Source: an uncultured archaeon
GTDB lineage: Archaea > Iainarchaeota > Iainarchaeia > Iainarchaeales > CSSED10-239
Length of the DNA stretch: 7,577 nt
Direction: 5' to 3'
NCBI GenBank assembly: GCA_964468895.1
Contig: CAYXWT010000021.1
Coordinates: 5,323-12,899, forward strand
This document shows, in pieces, positions 6,001 to 7,577 of the stretch. Both the position numbers and the translations under genes were made by a program. Under the pieces are notes generated by a model. It did no database searches and was not told the origin of the DNA. It saw nothing but the letters and a program-made list of their open reading frames with translations. Position 1 is the stretch's first letter. Each line of letters begins with the position of its first letter.

Positions 6001-7577
6001 GATAGTAATTTATTTAAAATTAGTGTAGATATACAAAATAGAACCACTTCTTTACAAGGTGGTGTTTTAGATTTTAATTTAAATAATTATGCTATTCCAC
6101 AAAGTGTTGAATTATTTGCTTGTAGAGCTTTAATGGATTGTAGTAATCCTAACTCTTGGTATTGGATAAATAGAGATTATAGTTCTTCAGGTATGTCTTT
6201 AGAAGTTCCTTATGGTTATGAAGATGTCTCTTCTTTAGTTTTTACTTATGGTACTCAAGATGATCCACTAATAGGAGATGATTTACAATTATCTGTTAAT
6301 TATACTGGTGATAATTTAGATACTTATCATTCTACATTTGAGAGTACAATTACTTTAAATACATATCAATCTCAAACTTATGATTCTTGTTTAGTTCCTG
6401 CAATAACATCTGTTATGAATGGAGTAAGTTATATTGATATGTGGTTTAATGATAGTACTAACGCATATCCACAAAATGTAGAATCTAGTTGGGATATAGA
6501 AGATATAAATGCTTTAAAGAATTATTTAGAGTTTGAAGCTTATTTAATTACAGACAAATATAATAAATCATTTATAAATGATTTTGATAAAGCATATGCT
6601 GGATCAGCATCTAGAAAACAAGGCATTTTAGAAAATGTAGAAGGTTATTTTACAAATGAACCTTATTCAGGAAATAATGGATTTTTATCACCTTTATTTA
6701 AAAATAATTTAGAATTTTTAGATAAATTTTCTTCTAGCCCTGATGGTGTTGATATTTTAACTCCTGGTTTATATAAAATTAGAATTGATTTTATATTTGA
6801 TAATGAAAAATGGGATTTTGTAGTTGATGATGAAATAGATGTAAGTACAATTGTAAGTTTTACAAAATTAAGTAATCCAATAGATAATAGTGCATTTTAT
6901 AGATTGCCATTTGATGGATCTGTTGGTTATAAATATGATGATCAGTCTTATACTAGATTTGGATATGGTCTTTCCTATTTAGGAGATAATATTAAATTAT
7001 ATGATGGTAGTAGTTCAGACATGTTTTCTGTATTTACTGGACAAGATACTGGTGGTGCTCCATTTAAATATTTAAATGTAAATAGAGAAACAGATTTCTT
7101 TAAAATAAATAGTAATATTGATACTAGAGGAAAAATACTTACTATCAAAACAAATAATTTCAATTCTAATCAAATAGATATGATGTTTGCTCCAAGTGTA
7201 GCAACTCCTGTTTTATTAAATATTCAAAGAAATATTACTAGTCCATTTAGTATTTATTATCAATTAGTAAATAATTCTGAAAATGAAATTGTATTTGGAA
7301 ATAATACTTTAAATTATTGGAATGGTGTTGGTAATTATTTAGATTTTAGTGGTGCTCCAGTTTATAGTCAGTTCCAAAACTATTATGATAGGTCTACTAG
7401 TTATGATGATGCTGTAAATCAAGGATATGCTATAGATTGGGATAATGTTGTTAGAACTGGACAAGTAAATTTAAGAACTATATTTTACACTCCAATTGAC
7501 CAGTCTAGTAATTTTGAGAAACCTTATAGTTTGAAAATTAAAAGTACTGGTAATGATCCAACTTCTAAGTTTTATAA
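13..7577 (+). CDS. Giant membrane-anchored, repeat-rich surface (adhesin-like) protein. The 5' end is probably in the window; the 3' end is truncated by the window edge (at least 2,521 codons).
   Basis: Frame +1 has no stop from nt 1 to nt 7577 (2,525 complete codons plus 2 nt). Every 60-nt line starts in frame and each was checked. The other five frames give nothing longer than 101 codons in the supplied track. Codon usage is uniform throughout: strong A/T third-position bias, Leu TTA, Arg AGA, Gly GGT/GGA, Ala GCA/GCT. The first in-frame ATG is at 13, and GTG at 4 is an alternative. Only 12 nt lie upstream with no in-frame stop, so an earlier start cannot be excluded. ATG 13 is favoured because a ~32-aa Lys-rich tail and then a hydrophobic helix follow it, the layout of a type II signal anchor. 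A weak GTGA (4-7) could be a partial Shine-Dalgarno. No stop occurs before the window edge. Confidence 0.92.
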   Translation, partial: MSFADKYQEFLEKINNRIPIKGITNKLDSKNKLISFYIFIILIVIIILLIFKPFSLFNDPIPNYNDVSFKLADSNGNLLPNFTFKIKDLDLDEIQQYATDNTGETKVTLDVSKLYEFQVEKPGFESKVQDVDPNELNYNIILQIFNLTTETTRVLSFVDPKTGELITEDMQVTLSCENREYVVSPQSNQVNGSYEVSVPLDCGNLMVSAHSDNYEINSVPVSETNSIVEMDELDIVSSFGSLQVMTQSGNNLLTNIRVMVYSVNDLINHVKVGDTISGSIRFSEIPIGDYKIICDDISGIYASSEKEINIKKNKLNVEIMDLVTVNGSGNSGDVDSNITTNPINVFLKDSFTDLEITDTLLNPIISLIDGNQTVSYKMYTQGGVTFNIEPNKDYSIKVEVDNYLNVSKDITTGFDNIEISLDPVTPDNSSDIYVNIKDEDLLAVNNSYVWIYDQVCEYQDVRYSPVVSDSNGQALFEDIAIGNYCLKTIKGPINGVSDSFELIANDDSNVSLNVFIGQGTINLNIKNKYEDIITGANVDVYNSVDEFIGSDFTNNSGVFNHSVKADKKIYLKISKSGYLDYYTTLLEIYDNKTISKDIVLENITTPVLPDIKFDGIYNSDNQKVNVLYQNNYYTYKFKIINPLDGSFGIRFNIGDEYLVSNDIVYIKDISENFESVVYYNDSNFTNLVNSNIPSNSIDVYWPSSSSAVYELEIPIKVKNALSGNAVPFKYWSYKDFIIGDEHQDVYYLDTESLCGNDFCISGQYYDLVDNIVTDIGQAPIIFKINSPYNLKYEITNASSNSYENPKLILKNKNVEGGQDQSLDFTRSNINQITNNTSQSNVFYSSENSTLGSQNFILPYNGLFLESDKLNVYDNINFDLDILPIVYGNTKINHEIRSQQSIVYNDDLDIVVSEEFEDMYVNYSPHNIVPNTNFVLNLNIKDKDDLPLSDVIVNISSISNGRKTNLSAGLYTNLEGVLNIDIPALENGETLEIQATKPYYHTDPIIINIQEDLIDIYKDNSLISDDNPFEININKNLITGVVETITLKNKTNYDLELNLLNSKDISFTYNDYLNLNQTLNYINNNIGNVDSQESNFIINANSEKNLDIKLSPSTSAQILNQSLDIAGSIKFSFSKENSSAKYLVNLPIKSVLSIGEGVFRNDCLIISDIQNPWTGIASSGVPLMSQFKIMNVCKSFENSAFPITLNNIKVKIVQQEDRYGYYDLTIGNITKRLREGAYEEIINNIEPNREYVATLKYTPLNVKKGNISTKIYFNGEVETNNGLEFVNAEEGTSSMIETEFKILNLTDCIDFYDGTRKINDVFEIGEDVSEITGTKELTLKNKCSDIEDLKVVFCENYEEGCLDLLTLGFGNMTGSNNNELDFSVGESEQVIDIPKPEIPGAYKITVDVYAITNNNRKIAGGEKRLKINVKDRLFTGIKKNTDAPFVEMTKTTIDGEDCYISDEVILYNNDLNYTPWHYATRKSTEKIGFSKYMDDSDEAIAVLKKVYGTDPNDYNDSFIGSNTEFYKLIKFEKLEDLDNSHTGGNLDSGWWNFGGTVSGLSGVLGAVAGLAAPAVAGTAAIAATTTTTIVATAAATATTTVATTAGAAVAGTAAGTGIFASAGPVLASLGPYGWAALGVISIGCFLADTFENDYTWDVDYEFVDLDSLYTLPELIDSKIITIENTDLQDERIDVFDITGARFINYLEAYGYTTKGGQSDKLLNDQTLEMDIPKCNGAEHRYLLDNFEYITNSKNCSSSFSSKDIGDDSIVYKTKCYGSWPRNKITLEESSYTACAYDKEIWPEQAGYKPLIFKVTKESDREAYDILENGGNFYKTITFYPDLDDSTQDIDYAFIGAVPINQDGEYRFELHVQDVPEQVDPDLNYVDCYTDTGIYGKTGLGAVPKVKFNWDWSNIEPNNNCQDSYCDATQLTQQILYRIYKANNLIDEQKDKIVCPKSNKELLDESNDGSYVLYTDNDSLENEVLPSKVGISNINLSTDSNLFKISVDIQNRTTSLQGGVLDFNLNNYAIPQSVELFACRALMDCSNPNSWYWINRDYSSSGMSLEVPYGYEDVSSLVFTYGTQDDPLIGDDLQLSVNYTGDNLDTYHSTFESTITLNTYQSQTYDSCLVPAITSVMNGVSYIDMWFNDSTNAYPQNVESSWDIEDINALKNYLEFEAYLITDKYNKSFINDFDKAYAGSASRKQGILENVEGYFTNEPYSGNNGFLSPLFKNNLEFLDKFSSSPDGVDILTPGLYKIRIDFIFDNEKWDFVVDDEIDVSTIVSFTKLSNPIDNSAFYRLPFDGSVGYKYDDQSYTRFGYGLSYLGDNIKLYDGSSSDMFSVFTGQDTGGAPFKYLNVNRETDFFKINSNIDTRGKILTIKTNNFNSNQIDMMFAPSVATPVLLNIQRNITSPFSIYYQLVNNSENEIVFGNNTLNYWNGVGNYLDFSGAPVYSQFQNYYDRSTSYDDAVNQGYAIDWDNVVRTGQVNLRTIFYTPIDQSSNFEKPYSLKIKSTGNDPTSKFY
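109..165 (+). other. N-terminal signal-anchor transmembrane helix (LISFYIFIILIVIIILLIF)
   Basis: Nineteen consecutive uncharged, mostly Ile/Leu/Phe residues. They are preceded by KGITNKLDSKNK (four Lys, nt 73-108) and followed by KPFSLFNDP. The n-region is too long (~32 aa) for a typical cleaved Sec signal. The positive-inside rule predicts N-in with the rest of the protein outside. Confidence 0.75.
205..1815 (+). repeat. Six tandem, diverged ~85-105-aa beta-sandwich repeats (protein-level), carboxypeptidase-regulatory-like / Cna-B-like pattern
   Basis: Each unit shows the recurring pattern [D/N/S]-x-[N/T/S]-G ... hydrophobic-alternating strand ... G-x-Y-x-[IL]. Unit 1: ATDNTGETKVTL..LYEFQVEKPGFES (307-390). 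Unit 2: NGSYEVSVPLDCGNLMVSAHSDNYE (583-657). Unit 3: ISGSIRFSEIPIGDYKIIC (838-894). Unit 4: GGVTFNIEPNKDYSIKVEVDNY (1156-1221). Unit 5: SDSNGQALFEDIAIGNYCLK (1414-1473). Unit 6: TNNSGVFNHSV..KIYLKISKSGY (1669-1746). The anchor Gly codons at 319, 586, 844, 1159, 1426 and 1681 are spaced 255-315 nt apart. The family assignment comes from remembered motif shape only. Confidence 0.55.
2806..3040 (+). other. Isolated seventh copy of the same beta-sandwich repeat type
   Basis: NFVLNLNIKDKDDLPLSDVIVNISSISNGRKTNLSAGLYTNLEGVLNIDIPALENGETLEIQATKPYYHT has the same layout as units 1-6: a short 'v.v.d..g.pl..v.v' start, an x-E-G-V-L-N-I strand, then G-E-T-L-E-I-Q-A-x-K-P-Y-Y. Confidence 0.45.
3088..4305 (+). 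repeat. Three larger (~125-150 aa) beta-sandwich modules of CARDB/DUF11-like appearance, two sharing an FEI..ITG..TLKNK signature
   Basis: Module 1 has FEI 3094-3102, ITG 3121-3129 and TLKNK 3145-3159. Module 3 has FEI 3973-3981, ITG 4000-4008 and TLKNK 4021-4035, the same order and spacing apart from a 1-residue indel. The middle module (about 3472-3920) has the analogous WTG..SQFKIMN..ITLNNIKVKI. A further ILKNK lies at 2434-2448. Each module ends in an alternating-hydrophobic strand (KYLVNLPI, IETEFKIL, KRLKINV). Borders are approximate and the family name is a guess. Confidence 0.4.
4651..4950 (+). other. Internal 100-residue charge-free Ala/Gly/Thr-rich hydrophobic segment (candidate multi-span, hairpin or membrane-insertion element)
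   Basis: There is no D/E/K/R/H between Asp 4648-4650 and Asp 4951-4953. Counted composition is 28 Ala, 17 Gly, 16 Thr, 9 Val, 7 Leu, 6 Ser, 5 Ile, 3 Trp, 3 Phe, 3 Pro, and 1 each of Asn, Tyr and Cys. The rest of the protein is dominated by N/D/K/I/E/S. GxxxG motifs are present (GTVSG, GAVAG, GTAAG), with aromatic residues at both ends (GWWNFGG ... GPYGWAALG). GC is about 50% over 4681-4920 (121/240 by hand count). Confidence 0.75.
4741..4854 (+). repeat. Cryptic in-frame triplet low-complexity tract (GCA/ACA/ACT/GCT-type codons) encoding an Ala/Thr run
   Basis: The tract reads aca gca gca ata gca gca aca aca act act aca att gta gca aca gca gca gca aca gct act act aca gtt gca act aca gct ggg gca gct gtg gct ggg aca gca gca gga. 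It translates to TAAIAATTTTTIVATAAATATTTVATTAGAAVAGTAAG. Confidence 0.65.
4951..7577 (+). other. C-terminal polar region (at least 875 aa, truncated) of unknown fold, with a Cys-containing sub-region at 5209-6390
   Basis: This is the same ORF, downstream of the hydrophobic segment. It has 11 Cys codons at 5209, 5272, 5332, 5389, 5668, 5767, 5782, 5869, 6121, 6139 and 6388, several in close pairs, then none from 6391 to the window edge. It is rich in Tyr, Trp, Asp and Asn. I recognise no catalytic or binding motif: no HExxH, no P-loop, no Ser-protease signature. Confidence 0.4.

Noticed and set aside
6811-6834. KWDFVVDD resembling the PKD-domain WDFGDG signature
   Set aside because: Only the WDF tripeptide matches. 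The GDG part and the surrounding PKD pattern are absent.
6975-7163. Track ORF, - strand, 62 aa
   Set aside because: It is antisense to the giant ORF and short, with nothing to support it beyond being open.
1-7577. High density of N-x-S/T glycosylation sequons (about 41 counted by eye)
   Set aside because: With Asn near 12% and Ser+Thr near 15%, roughly that many are expected by chance. There is no enrichment beyond composition. Individual sites may still be glycosylated if the protein is extracellular.
1-7577. Alternative genetic code (TGA or TAG recoding) as the reason the ORF track looks empty
   Set aside because: Frame +1 contains no TGA, TAG or TAA at all, and every Trp is TGG, so no recoding is needed. 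The track most likely reports only ORFs that terminate inside the window.

Overview
The whole 7,577-nt window lies inside one continuous + strand reading frame (frame +1). Read codon by codon, none of its 2,525 complete codons is TAA, TAG or TGA. The supplied ORF track omits this frame, presumably because it has no stop inside the window. The four short ORFs the track does list are antisense or alternate-frame artefacts within this gene. The likely start is ATG 13, followed by a Lys-rich tail and a 19-residue signal-anchor helix. The gene runs off the 3' edge, so the product exceeds 2,521 aa. The DNA is very AT-rich: hand-counted lines give 17-30% GC, roughly a quarter overall. Arg is encoded only by AGA/AGG, Trp by TGG, and CpG is almost absent. 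This fits a low-GC prokaryote using standard stop codons; the organism cannot be named from sequence alone. Inferred architecture: (1) an N-terminal membrane anchor; (2) six tandem ~85-105-aa beta-sandwich repeats with a carboxypeptidase-regulatory-like motif pattern; (3) an unassigned ~330-aa region; (4) a seventh repeat copy; (5) three larger beta-sandwich modules sharing an FEI..ITG..TLKNK signature; (6) a 100-residue, completely charge-free Ala/Gly/Thr-rich hydrophobic segment that forms a ~50% GC island; (7) at least 875 aa of polar, Cys-containing sequence with no motif I recognise. I see no RNA genes, CRISPR arrays, mobile elements, intergenic regions or terminators. The main result is a giant membrane-anchored surface protein with an unusual internal hydrophobic element. 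This resembles the giant host-interaction and adhesin proteins of small-genome symbionts, but that link is inference. All domain names come from motif recall, not from any search.
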